DNA from: an uncultured bacterium
GTDB taxonomy: Bacteria > Acidobacteriota > Thermoanaerobaculia > Multivoradales > JAHZIX01
Reading direction: 5' to 3'
Assembly (NCBI GenBank): GCA_965368975.1
Contig: CBDUPA010000012.1
Coordinates: forward strand, 32,001 to 96,000
Length of the DNA: 64,000 nt
Below are positions 9,904 to 19,469 of this stretch, in pieces (position 1 is the first letter of the stretch; each line of letters opens with the position of its first letter). The position numbers and the translations under genes were made by a program. The notes beneath the pieces are model-generated. The model did not search any database. It was given only the letters and a program-made list of their open reading frames with translations, and was not told the origin of the DNA.

Positions 9904-12063
9904 ATGCGTATTCTTCTCGCCCTCGCCCTCGCCCTCGCCCTGACGCTCTCCGCCTGCGCCCCGGACGCACCCGCGCCGGAACCGCTTCCTGAAGAGCCTG
10001 CGGCAACTGGTCCGCGCTCGCCCGATCTCGACGGCCGCGACGTCGTCTTGATCACCATCGACACTCTGCGTGCCGACGCACTCGGCTTCCTTGGCAACGA
10101 AGAAGTACAAACCCCGACGCTCGACCGCCTCGCTGCTGGCGGCGTGGTGTTCACCAACGCCCACGCCCACAACGTCGTGACGCTGCCCAGTCACGCCAAC
10201 CTGCTCACCGGGCTCTATCCCTACCAGCACGGCGTGCGCGACAACACCGGCTTTCGACTGCCGCCCGACGTGCCGACCCTGGCGTCCTCTTTGAAGGACG
10301 CTGGCTACACGACGGCAGCGTGTGTCGCGGCGTATCCCCTCGACTCGCGCTTCGGACTCGATCGTGGTTTCGATCTCTACGACGACCGCACGGGTCGCGA
10401 CACGAATCCGGGGGACTTCCACCTCGCGGAACGCTCAGGAGACGAGGTCGTCGCCTGCGGCAAGGCGTGGTGGGACGCCAACGCCGATCGCCAGCGCTTC
10501 CTGTGGCTGCATCTCTTCGAACCGCACGCTCCCTACCAGCCGCCGCCGCCGTTCGATCGACAGTTCGCCGACGCGCCTTACCTCGGGGAGGTTGCTGCCG
10601 TCGACGCGTACTTGGCACCGCTGCTCGAGCCGTGGCTGGACGCTGAGCAGGCAGCACCGCTCGTCGTCCTGACCTCGGACCATGGCGAAGCGCTGGGCGA
10701 GCACGGCGAAGCGACGCATGGACTCTTCGCCTACGAGGCGACGCTGCGAGTACCGCTCGTCCTGTGGGCGGCGGGAGCCCCCGGAGCCGGCCTGCCAGCG
10801 GGTCTTGACGCGCACCCAGCCGGGCACGTCGACGTCCTGCCGACGGTCTTGACGCTCCTCGGCCTGACCGTACCGCCCGATCTCCCGGGCCGTTCACTGG
10901 TTGCCCCGAGCGATCCCGCGGTGCTCGAGTCGCGCGATCTCTACTTCGAAGCTCTGACGGCCAACCTCAACCACGGTTGGGCACCCCTACGCGGCAGTCT
11001 GCGCGACGGCAGCAAGCTGATCGAGTTGCCGCTGCCCGAACTCTACGACCTGGCGAGCGACCCCGGCGAGACCGTCAACCGGGTCGACGAGGAACGCCGC
11101 CGCTACCACGAACAGCGCGACCGCCTGCCCGCCGAATCCGTCTGGCCGCCGGCGCGCGAGACGGGCGCGGACGCGGAAGAGCGGGCCCGGCTGGCCAGCC
11201 TCGGCTACATGACTGCCGACGCCGCCACCAAGGACGTCTACACCGCCGCCGACGATCCCAAGACCCTGGTGCACCTCGAACAGAAGATGCAGCGCGTCGT
11301 CGCCCTCTACCGCACTGGCGAGGCCCGAGCGGCGGCCAAGCTGGCGCAGGACGTGATCGACGAGCGACCGTCGATGCCCATGGCCTGGTCCCTGCTCGCA
11401 CAGGCCCTGCTCGAAGCCGGCGATCCGCGCGCCGCCCTCGACGTCATGGCCGAAGCCCAACACCGCGGCGTCGCCACCGCCTCCCTGCGCCGCCAGGCTG
11501 CTCTCACCTTGGTCGACCTTGGTCGTGCGGAGGAAGCTGTCGACGTGCTGCGTCAGCTTCTCACCGTGACCGACTCGGGGGCCATCGATGTAGCCTCCTC
11601 CGATCCCGCCACCCTCACCGCCCTTGGTATCGCTCTCTCCGCCAGCGGCCAGCAAGACGCCGCCGCCAGCGTCCTAGAACAAAGCCTCGCCCTCGATCCC
11701 GGTTCGCCCAAGACCCTCGAGAGCCTCGGCATGGTCGACCTGCGCCGCCAGCGTCTCGACACCGCCCGTGGCTACCTAGAAGAGGCTCTCGACCTCAACG
11801 ACGCCCTACCCGAGAGCTGGAACATGCTCGCCGTCGCGCGCTTCCAGAGCGGTGACGGACCGGGTGCGCTACAAGCCTGGGAGCGCTGCCTGCAGCTGCG
11901 CCCGAACAACTGGGACGTCCTCTTCAACCTCGGCCTCGTCGCGCCGAACCTGGGGCGTCCCGACCTGGCGCGCCAAGCCCTGGAGCGTTTCGTCGAGGGC
12001 GCGCCGGAGCGCTATGCCGCAGACGTCGAGACGGCGCGGGGGATCCTGGCGCAGCTGCCCTAG
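9904..12063 (+). CDS. Sulfatase-like (alkaline phosphatase superfamily) hydrolase with C-terminal TPRs, lipoprotein
   Basis: Lipobox LSAC; LITIDTLRAD, TLPSHANLLTG, TSDHGE, ELYDLASDPGE; TPR tail. Confidence 0.88.
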   Translation: MRILLALALALALTLSACAPDAPAPEPLPEEPAATGPRSPDLDGRDVVLITIDTLRADALGFLGNEEVQTPTLDRLAAGGVVFTNAHAHNVVTLPSHANLLTGLYPYQHGVRDNTGFRLPPDVPTLASSLKDAGYTTAACVAAYPLDSRFGLDRGFDLYDDRTGRDTNPGDFHLAERSGDEVVACGKAWWDANADRQRFLWLHLFEPHAPYQPPPPFDRQFADAPYLGEVAAVDAYLAPLLEPWLDAEQAAPLVVLTSDHGEALGEHGEATHGLFAYEATLRVPLVLWAAGAPGAGLPAGLDAHPAGHVDVLPTVLTLLGLTVPPDLPGRSLVAPSDPAVLESRDLYFEALTANLNHGWAPLRGSLRDGSKLIELPLPELYDLASDPGETVNRVDEERRRYHEQRDRLPAESVWPPARETGADAEERARLASLGYMTADAATKDVYTAADDPKTLVHLEQKMQRVVALYRTGEARAAAKLAQDVIDERPSMPMAWSLLAQALLEAGDPRAALDVMAEAQHRGVATASLRRQAALTLVDLGRAEEAVDVLRQLLTVTDSGAIDVASSDPATLTALGIALSASGQQDAAASVLEQSLALDPGSPKTLESLGMVDLRRQRLDTARGYLEEALDLNDALPESWNMLAVARFQSGDGPGALQAWERCLQLRPNNWDVLFNLGLVAPNLGRPDLARQALERFVEGAPERYAADVETARGILAQLP

Positions 12064-12154
12064 GCTCAGTTTTCTATTGCTCTGAGACTTTTCTTTCGCG
12101 CTAGAAATTCCGATACTTCAGGATGCAGAGCAATTGGGACTACGTCCTTGTTGC

Positions 12155-14293
12155 CTACTTTGGGACGATTCCGGTCCGCCGCGCACCACTCTCAAAGATC
12201 GAGGACTGAGGGACTTCGGGCGGCCTTTCGCGGCACCGAGCCGCTTCGTCGAGGCTGCGCGACAGCTGATTCCACTGCAGGTAGACGAGAACCTGCCCCA
12301 GTCTTCCGAGCGCGTCGATCTTTTCCGAGTCCAGATGATCGTCGAGCGTTGATGTCGCTCGGAAGATGTCTAGATGCCTCATCAGCTCATGCCGTACCAG
12401 CGTCCGGAGCGCTACCGCCTCGCAGGTGCCAGCCAACAGATCCTTTTTGAGGTCGTTCGTGTCGGCGCACCGTTCCAGGCCTTGGCGTAGTGACCGCGAC
12501 CAGCGGTGATCGCGGATGCCATGACGCTCCCAGGTTTGCCGAAAGGATCGCGCTAGTGAGAGAGCATCCACTTCGGGCGCCTTGGGAGATGGCTCGGGTA
12601 GTAGGACGAGGATGCGTTCGAGTACGGCTGCCGGATAGCGCACCGGATCGAAGCTCACGCTCCACTCGCGACTCGGTCCCTCTTGTGGCTTGGTTTCAGG
12701 GCGGCGGTTGAATTGCATGTCGGGTGGCAGCAACATCTGGGACGGTGAGAATCGGGGTGGCCTCTGCCAGAGATACTGGCAGGCATCGCGCGAGATCTTG
12801 CCTGGGATCTGGATGTTCGCGACATCGAAGGCGCGCGGTAGCATCGACAAGAACCCCGGCTCTTCGAGCACGCCGATCACTGCCCCGCCATCGGACACCA
12901 GCACTGCATCGAGGTCCCAGGTCTTGGGCATGAACTCGCCGCTGGCTTCCCCGGCCGCCGGATCCTCTCTATTCGCTCCCGCCTGCGCTGAAGAGTTTGC
13001 CGCATTCAGCAGGTCCAGGCCGAGATTGTCGCGCACGCCTCCGTCCACCAGCAGAAGGTCGCGTGGACCGTGGTAAGTCGTCGTGGCCGGCGAGACACTC
13101 AGCCGGAATGGACGCGGCGGGAAGGCGAGCGGGAAGGCACCCGAGGTAGCGACGCGACGGGACAGGCTCCAGGTCTCGTCCGGGTCGTAGATGGGCCCTC
13201 GGTAGACTCTGGAACCTTGTGAGCCCAGAATAAGCAGGCCATCCGACAGCATGCCAACCTGGAAGCCATACTTCATGTCCGTGACCGCGATCATCAGGTG
13301 GGGTTGGCCGGGAGCCAGTTGAGCTGCCTGCTCGGGCGCCAGCAGCGCCTGCGTGTCGACATCGGCCAGCAGAACGTCGGCCAGCAGCGCCTCCTGCACA
13401 TCCAATCTGTCGAAGCGATACCAAGGGAAGAGTTCTACTTCCAACCCTGGTACTTTCATGGGTGTGGTCAGGCGGGTCGCGTTGTGGAACAACATCAACC
13501 TGTGCTTGAGGTCTAGGCGCCGGTCGCGCAGAGCCTGGACAAAGTCCTCCGGAGCCCCACCGCCAGCGTAGTAGCTGCCGATGATCGACCCGCCGGAGAC
13601 CGTACTCAGGTTCGAGACCCGGATGCCGAGATCTTCCAGCGCCTGCAGTACCCCCGCGTGGAGTGTGGCCGCTCGGTAGCCACCGCCGGACAACGCCAAG
13701 CCGATGCGCAGATCCTGCCAGCGCTCGGCCCGCTCTGGCATGATCGAGCGCTGCGGCCCGAGCGTCGCGAAGCGCGCAGGGTCTACCGGCATTGGTCGGC
13801 TCCACCAGCTGGACACCAACGAGACGAAGATCCAGGCCAGCAGTGCCCACACTGCTACGTCCAGATCTCGCCAAGCCCGCCCGAGTTCCGGCGCCTGTGG
13901 CCAGTGTCGCCGTCGCCAGCGCCCGAGCAGCTCGAACACTCCCCACGTCAGCCCGAGGGCGACCACCGCGCACAGCAGGTCGAGTCCCGTCCGCTGCCAG
14001 CTGTGGCGGGTCCCCGAGTAGACGATCCAGGCGAAGATCCCAGCCAACGCCATCGCAGCCAGGAAGTACACGGGGCCCGCTTTCCAGGCTTTGTACAGGA
14101 ATGCGAGGGTCAGCGCGGGCCGGACGACGTAGCACAGGTACCAAACGGTCAGTGCTCCGAGTCCACTCCAGCCGTGCTGCCAGATGGCCATGCCGGGCAA
14201 CCAGAACGCCAGCACTGCCACCAAGATGCCGAACAAACTGAGCCACCAGTCGCTGGCCTTGGAGGTCTTCGTTTTCTGCCGCACCTTGCTCAT
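12155..14293 (-). CDS. Membrane-anchored patatin-like phospholipase
   Basis: About five N-terminal hydrophobic helices; LALSGGGYRA, STVSGGS and LVDGG motifs; AGGAG RBS before MSKVRQ at 14293. Confidence 0.8.
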   Translation of the reverse strand: MSKVRQKTKTSKASDWWLSLFGILVAVLAFWLPGMAIWQHGWSGLGALTVWYLCYVVRPALTLAFLYKAWKAGPVYFLAAMALAGIFAWIVYSGTRHSWQRTGLDLLCAVVALGLTWGVFELLGRWRRRHWPQAPELGRAWRDLDVAVWALLAWIFVSLVSSWWSRPMPVDPARFATLGPQRSIMPERAERWQDLRIGLALSGGGYRAATLHAGVLQALEDLGIRVSNLSTVSGGSIIGSYYAGGGAPEDFVQALRDRRLDLKHRLMLFHNATRLTTPMKVPGLEVELFPWYRFDRLDVQEALLADVLLADVDTQALLAPEQAAQLAPGQPHLMIAVTDMKYGFQVGMLSDGLLILGSQGSRVYRGPIYDPDETWSLSRRVATSGAFPLAFPPRPFRLSVSPATTTYHGPRDLLLVDGGVRDNLGLDLLNAANSSAQAGANREDPAAGEASGEFMPKTWDLDAVLVSDGGAVIGVLEEPGFLSMLPRAFDVANIQIPGKISRDACQYLWQRPPRFSPSQMLLPPDMQFNRRPETKPQEGPSREWSVSFDPVRYPAAVLERILVLLPEPSPKAPEVDALSLARSFRQTWERHGIRDHRWSRSLRQGLERCADTNDLKKDLLAGTCEAVALRTLVRHELMRHLDIFRATSTLDDHLDSEKIDALGRLGQVLVYLQWNQLSRSLDEAARCRERPPEVPQSSIFESGARRTGIVPK

Positions 14294-14549
14294 GATCCAT
14301 CTCCTCGCAGTGCATGGGTATTGCTGCACATAGAGGGACACCAAGCTCGGAACTGGCCCGAGCGCCATCAACGCACCACCCGCCACATTCGCCCACGGTC
14401 CAGCGATGGAGCAGCCGAACAGGCCGATGCCGGCGCTTGCGCGGCGTCCGGCGCGAGGCGCCTGAATCAGTTGTGATGTTTGCAGGATAGCGTAAGCGCT
14501 CGCCCGTCAACCAGTCTCATGGATTCTCGGGATGCGCTGTACGACCGCG

Positions 14550-15218
14550 TCAGCTCACTTCGACGAACCGCCCCTGCTGCCCGTCGTACTTGACGGTAAT
14601 CGACATCACGGAGTTGCTGAAGTCTAGCGTCGTTGCCTGACTGGTGATCACGCCACCGCTCGAGGCCGCGGCTGCTGTGGCGATGCTCGGAATCTCGATG
14701 ATCTGGCCAGCGGTGACATCGGTACTGAGGAAGATTGTGACCTGGTCTTCGGGCTCGAAAATGACGAGGTTCTGGTTGGGTACCGTCGACGCGTTGAGTA
14801 GAGCCCGGCTATAGGCGTTACCGTTGGCCTGGACCGGCTGTGTCATACCGAAGGTCGTCGTCGAGCCGAATTGGTTCAAGACCTTGTACTGGTTTTGCTG
14901 CAAGCTTGGATCCGCCGTCGGGCCCTGGAACGTTCCGTTCTCGAGGAACGTGTACTGCGATGCGGACTGAGCGTCGTCCTGGAAGGCCTCGGAGCGAATG
15001 ATAACGCCGCCGGAATCCTGTTGCTGAGAAGCGTAGAGCCCGTAAGGTTGTGCCGCCCATTCGATGGCATTGCTCTCAAACGGTGTGACGGCGACCCAGG
15101 CGACGTTGGCGGGACCTTGGGGTGCGAAGGACTTCACCAGCACGATCTTCTGGCCGATCTCGCTGATGGTGGTGAGGTCCGTGGTGTCGATGATGGCGGT
15201 CAGCTGGAAGTCAGGCAT
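14550..15218 (-). CDS. Hypothetical beta-strand-rich protein
   Basis: Clean 222-aa ORF with purine-rich RBS; Thr/Ser/Gln-rich with alternating hydrophobic strands; no recognised motif. Confidence 0.75.
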   Translation of the reverse strand: MPDFQLTAIIDTTDLTTISEIGQKIVLVKSFAPQGPANVAWVAVTPFESNAIEWAAQPYGLYASQQQDSGGVIIRSEAFQDDAQSASQYTFLENGTFQGPTADPSLQQNQYKVLNQFGSTTTFGMTQPVQANGNAYSRALLNASTVPNQNLVIFEPEDQVTIFLSTDVTAGQIIEIPSIATAAAASSGGVITSQATTLDFSNSVMSITVKYDGQQGRFVEVS

Positions 15219-15266
15219 TGTGCGTCCCCCTGTGCGGATGGATAGGTAGTCGATTTGCCAGTGACG

Positions 15267-15309
15267 CTACCACGATGCACACCGCCGTCTGGTCATCCTC
15301 GGGAGGCTC
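15267..15309 (+). repeat. 43-bp direct repeat, left copy (att-like boundary)
   Basis: CTACCACGATGCACACCGCCGTCTGGTCATCCTCGGGAGGCTC matches 23770-23812 at 41 of 43 positions. Confidence 0.85.
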
Positions 15310-15467
15310 CAGAGCAAGGCAGGACTATCAAACCGTCGGAAGTTCCATGGGGAAACGTTGTCTGATCCCGACCGCAGCTGCGCCTTCACGTGCAAGCGTG
15401 GATCTTTGAGATAAGGTCTGACCCATCGAACACGCTTCAAGCGCAGACTCGCCGAGCCGGAGATCCC

Positions 15468-17474
15468 ATGCCTGACCACAGCTATTTCGAGAACCTGATC
15501 TGGGACATTGCCGACCTGCTGCGCGGCCCCTACCGGCCGCCGCAGTACGAGCGCGTCATGCTGCCGCTGACGGTGCTGCGGCGCTTCGACTGCGTGCTGG
15601 CACCGACCAAAGACGCCGTGCTCGACGACTATGCCCGGCGCAACCCCAAGCTCAACGACGACGCCCTCGACCGCGTGCTCAACCGCGCCGCCGGTCAGCG
15701 CTTCCACAACCGCTCGGATCTCGACTTCAGCAAGCTCAAGGGCGATGCCGATCACGTCGAGCAGCACTTGGTGAGCTACATCCAGGGCTTCTCGGCCAAC
15801 GTGCGGCGGATCTTCGAGTTCTTCGAGTTCGAGGCCGAGATCGAGAAGATGCAGGACGCGAATGTTCTGTACCTGGTGATCTCGCGCTTCGCCGACGTCG
15901 ACCTACACCCGGACCGCGTGCCCAACGCCGAGATGGGACGCATCTTCGAGAACCTGATCCGGCGCTTCAACGAACTGGCCAATGAGACAGCCGGTGATCA
16001 CTTCACGCCGCGCGAAGTGATCCGCCTGATGGTGCACCTGCTGTTCCAGGACGACGACGACCTGCTCGCCACCCCCGGCACCGTGCGCAAACTGCTCGAC
16101 CCGGCCTGCGGCACCGGCGGCATGCTGGCCGAGGCGCAGAACTACCTGCGCGAGCACCACCGAGAGGCTCGCCTGTTCGTGTTCGGCCAGGACTACAACA
16201 AGCGCGCCTACGCCACCGCTGCCGCCGACATGTTGATGAAAGACGTGGACCAGAACGGCGGTAGCAACAACATCCGCTTCGGCGACATCTTCCTCGACGA
16301 TCAATTCACCGAGCCGCCCTACGACCGCTTCGACTACCTGCTGGCCAATCCGCCGTTCGGCGTCGACTGGAAGAAGCAGAAGAAAGACATCCAGCGCGAG
16401 CACGAGAAACTCGGCTTCGACGGCCGCTTCGGCGCCGGCACGCCGCGCGTCAACGATGGTTCGCTGCTCTTCGTGCAGCACATGATCAGCAAGTTCGAGC
16501 CGGTCGAGCCCGAGCAGCACAAACACGGCTCGCGCATGGCCGTCGTGCTCTCCGGCTCCCCTCTGTTCACCGGCGGCGCCGGCTCCGGCGAGAGCGAGAT
16601 CCGGCGCTGGATCCTGGAGAACGATTGGCTCGACGCGATCGTCGCCTTGCCCGAGCAGATGTTCTACAACACCGGCATCGGCACCTACGTGTGGCTGATC
16701 ACCAACCGCAAAGAGCCGCGCCGCCAGGGCAAAGTACAGCTGCTCGACGCCCGCGACAGCTGGGTGCCCATGCGTCGCAGCCTGGGCGACAAGCGGCGCA
16801 AGCTGGGCGAAGGCGAGGGCGGCGAGCCGGACCAGATCCGGGACATCGTGCGCCTCTACGGCGCTTTCGAGGAAGGGGAGCACAGCAAGATCTTCGACAA
16901 CGAAGACTTAGGCTTCACCCGCGTCACCGTCGAGCGACCGTTGCGCCTGCGCTTTCAGTTCGGGGGCGAAGCTGGGCTAGAAGATAAGGCCCGCTTCCTC
17001 GACGCCTGCCCGCGCTTGCTGGACGACATCCAAGCTCTCGAAGCCGAACTCGACCCCGGCCCACAGCTGGACTGGAACGCCACCTGGAAGCGCATCCGGA
17101 AGATCCTGCGCGCTCGCGGTTCGAGGTGGAAGAAGGGCGAGATCAAGCTGTTCCGGGACGTCTTCACCGTCGTAGACCCGGAAGCCGAGCCGGTGGCGGC
17201 GGAGAAGGGCAAGGGCTTCGAGCCGGATTCGAACTTGCGGGATACCGAGAACGTGCCGCTGAAGGTGGATGTGGACGAGTACTTCCGCACCGAAGTGCAG
17301 CCCTACGTGCCGGACGCCTGGATGGACCGCGACAAAGATCGCGTGGGCTACGAGATCAACTTCAATCGCTACTTCTACGTCTACACCCCGCCGCGTCCGC
17401 TGGCGGAGATCGATGCGGATCTGCAGCAAGCGGAGGAGAAGATCTTGCGGTTGTTGCGGGAGGTGACTTCGTGA
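15468..17474 (+). CDS. hsdM: Type I restriction-modification methyltransferase subunit
   Basis: IWDIADLLRG, GDHFTPREVI, DPACGTGG (motif I), ANPPFG (motif IV), GYEINFNRYFY. Confidence 0.95.
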   Translation: MPDHSYFENLIWDIADLLRGPYRPPQYERVMLPLTVLRRFDCVLAPTKDAVLDDYARRNPKLNDDALDRVLNRAAGQRFHNRSDLDFSKLKGDADHVEQHLVSYIQGFSANVRRIFEFFEFEAEIEKMQDANVLYLVISRFADVDLHPDRVPNAEMGRIFENLIRRFNELANETAGDHFTPREVIRLMVHLLFQDDDDLLATPGTVRKLLDPACGTGGMLAEAQNYLREHHREARLFVFGQDYNKRAYATAAADMLMKDVDQNGGSNNIRFGDIFLDDQFTEPPYDRFDYLLANPPFGVDWKKQKKDIQREHEKLGFDGRFGAGTPRVNDGSLLFVQHMISKFEPVEPEQHKHGSRMAVVLSGSPLFTGGAGSGESEIRRWILENDWLDAIVALPEQMFYNTGIGTYVWLITNRKEPRRQGKVQLLDARDSWVPMRRSLGDKRRKLGEGEGGEPDQIRDIVRLYGAFEEGEHSKIFDNEDLGFTRVTVERPLRLRFQFGGEAGLEDKARFLDACPRLLDDIQALEAELDPGPQLDWNATWKRIRKILRARGSRWKKGEIKLFRDVFTVVDPEAEPVAAEKGKGFEPDSNLRDTENVPLKVDVDEYFRTEVQPYVPDAWMDRDKDRVGYEINFNRYFYVYTPPRPLAEIDADLQQAEEKILRLLREVTS

Positions 17475-18775
17475 CCTGGCAATCCTGGAGGGAGGATGTT
17501 CCCGCAGACTGGCAGGTAGTGCCCTTACGCGCAGTTGCTGCCTACCGTGTCAGCAACGTCGACAAGCTCAAGAAGGAGGATGAGTTACCTGTAAGGCTAT
17601 GTAACTACGTGGACGTCTACCACAATGAATTCATTGACCTCGGGCTCGATTTCATGGAGGCGACTGCGACTCCTGAAGAGATTCAGAGATTCAAAGTACG
17701 TCGAGGTGACGTGATCATCACCAAGGATTCCGAGTCTTGGGACGATATTGCCGTCCCTGCTTTGGTGCGTGAGTCGGCAAGAGACTTGGTTTGTGGCTAC
17801 CATTTGGCTCAGATTCGGCCACGAGCAGACCGGCTGGATGGTGCGTTTCTGTTCAGATGTTTGCAGGCCAAGCCGATCCGACTGTCTCTGGAACTGGCAG
17901 CGAATGGCGTGACGAGATTCGGTCTGCCAAAGAGTGCAATCGGAGACACAGCTCTACCAGTTCCACCCCTCGCCAGCCAGCGCGCCATCGCCGACTTCCT
18001 GGACACCGAAACCGCCCACATCGACGCCCTGATCGCCGCCAAGCAAGACCTGCTCGACCTGCTGGCCGAAAAGCGCCGCGCCCTGATCATCGAAGCCGTC
18101 ACGCGGGGGCTCGATCCGGATGTGCCGATGAAGGACTCGGGGGTGCCGTGGTTGGGGGAGATTCCGGCGCATTGGGTCGTGGAAAAGGCTAGGTGGCTCT
18201 TCAGACTTAAGGAAGTTCGGTCGAACTCTGGAGAGGAAGAGCTTCTAACTGTTTCTCATATTACAGGGGTTACCCCTAGATCCGAGAAAGAGGTAAATAT
18301 GTTTGAAGCTGCGTCTACGGTTGGTTATAAAGTCTGTAACCCAGGGGATTTGGTGATCAATACGATGTGGGCTTGGATGGGGGCCATGGGTGTTGCCCCA
18401 TGCTTGGGCATCGTTAGCCCGTCCTACCATGTGTATGAAGTCGGCCCCAACTTTATTCCGGGCTATATTGATGAACTCGTCCGAACTCAGAACTTTGCGG
18501 ATGAAGTAGCGCGCTATTCCAAGGGGGTTTGGTCCTCACGCCTTCGCCTCTATCCAGAAGGCTTTCTTGGCGTCCACTTTCCCGTACCCCCTGTAGATGA
18601 ACAGTTTTCAATCTTAGAGAGCTTACGGGATGAGTTGTCGCGTATCGATAGGCTAAGTGCGGCGGTATCAGGCAGTCTGACTTTTCTCCAAGAACGCCGC
18701 GAAGCCCTCATCGCCGCCGCCGTCAACGGCCAGCTCGACCTGGGAGACTTCGAAGCCGAGGCGAACCCGGCCTGA
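17471..18775 (+). CDS. hsdS: Type I RM specificity subunit
   Basis: GTG start overlaps the hsdM stop (GTGA); two variable TRDs; conserved PPLASQRAIADFLD, MKDSGVPWLGEIPAHW and ERREALIAAAVNGQ. Confidence 0.92.
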   Translation: MTWQSWREDVPADWQVVPLRAVAAYRVSNVDKLKKEDELPVRLCNYVDVYHNEFIDLGLDFMEATATPEEIQRFKVRRGDVIITKDSESWDDIAVPALVRESARDLVCGYHLAQIRPRADRLDGAFLFRCLQAKPIRLSLELAANGVTRFGLPKSAIGDTALPVPPLASQRAIADFLDTETAHIDALIAAKQDLLDLLAEKRRALIIEAVTRGLDPDVPMKDSGVPWLGEIPAHWVVEKARWLFRLKEVRSNSGEEELLTVSHITGVTPRSEKEVNMFEAASTVGYKVCNPGDLVINTMWAWMGAMGVAPCLGIVSPSYHVYEVGPNFIPGYIDELVRTQNFADEVARYSKGVWSSRLRLYPEGFLGVHFPVPPVDEQFSILESLRDELSRIDRLSAAVSGSLTFLQERREALIAAAVNGQLDLGDFEAEANPA

Positions 18776-18805
18776 CGCAGTCGCGACCGCGCCGAGCCGA
18801 CAGCC

Positions 18806-19285
18806 TCAGCGCCGCAGCACCCAGACGGCGGCGCCTGCCAGGGCGAGGGCGAAGAGCGTCCAGGTGAGGGGGGAGAAGGGAATGGCGGGAGCGTGGCCGA
18901 TGAGGAACTGTGCGCTGCCGACGGTGCGCGGAGCCGGGTTCGAATCGACGTGGATGGCTTCGAAGTCATAGAGGCCTGCGGGAATGCCTGGAACGGTCGT
19001 CCGATATTGCCGGGGCGCGGGGTCTGGAGCGATGAAAATACAGTGGCAGTTGATGTCGAGTCGTACTTCGGCAGCGGAGACCACGAGGTCCTCTGCTGTA
19101 GTACATCCCACACTGCTCACTTCGTAGTCCACCACCAGCTCGAATTCCATCTCGGCCTCTGGGAGGCTGGGAACAGTAGAGACGCTGAAGTCGCCGAAGA
19201 AGCAAGCAGCGGCCGGGTTGGCCCCAGCTAGCAACACCAGGGTCAGCAGGCCTGCTAGTTGTATCGTCTTCTCTCGCTTCCGCAT
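18806..19285 (-). CDS. Small secreted protein with IPTL-CTERM-like C-terminal anchor
   Basis: Signal peptide ending AAA; small beta domain with Cys residues; C-terminus AIPFSPLTWTLFALALAGAAVWVLRR. Confidence 0.65.
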   Translation of the reverse strand: MRKREKTIQLAGLLTLVLLAGANPAAACFFGDFSVSTVPSLPEAEMEFELVVDYEVSSVGCTTAEDLVVSAAEVRLDINCHCIFIAPDPAPRQYRTTVPGIPAGLYDFEAIHVDSNPAPRTVGSAQFLIGHAPAIPFSPLTWTLFALALAGAAVWVLRR

Positions 19286-19469
19286 CACTCTTTCTCTTTC
19301 CTTCTGGCCGCACTCAATTCAATTCCTGGACTACTAGCCACTGTAACAGGTCACCCTGCTCGAGACGTCCAAAAACATCGGCTCTAGCAGACCCAGGCAA
19401 GGGCCATCGACCGGGAGAGATTCGGTGAGTCTGATGCCTCACCGGCCAGCTTGCAGTAAAGTCGAATGG

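Noticed and set aside
12155-14293. Patatin as a CBASS effector
   Set aside because: No CD-NTase, Cap2 or Cap3 genes nearby.
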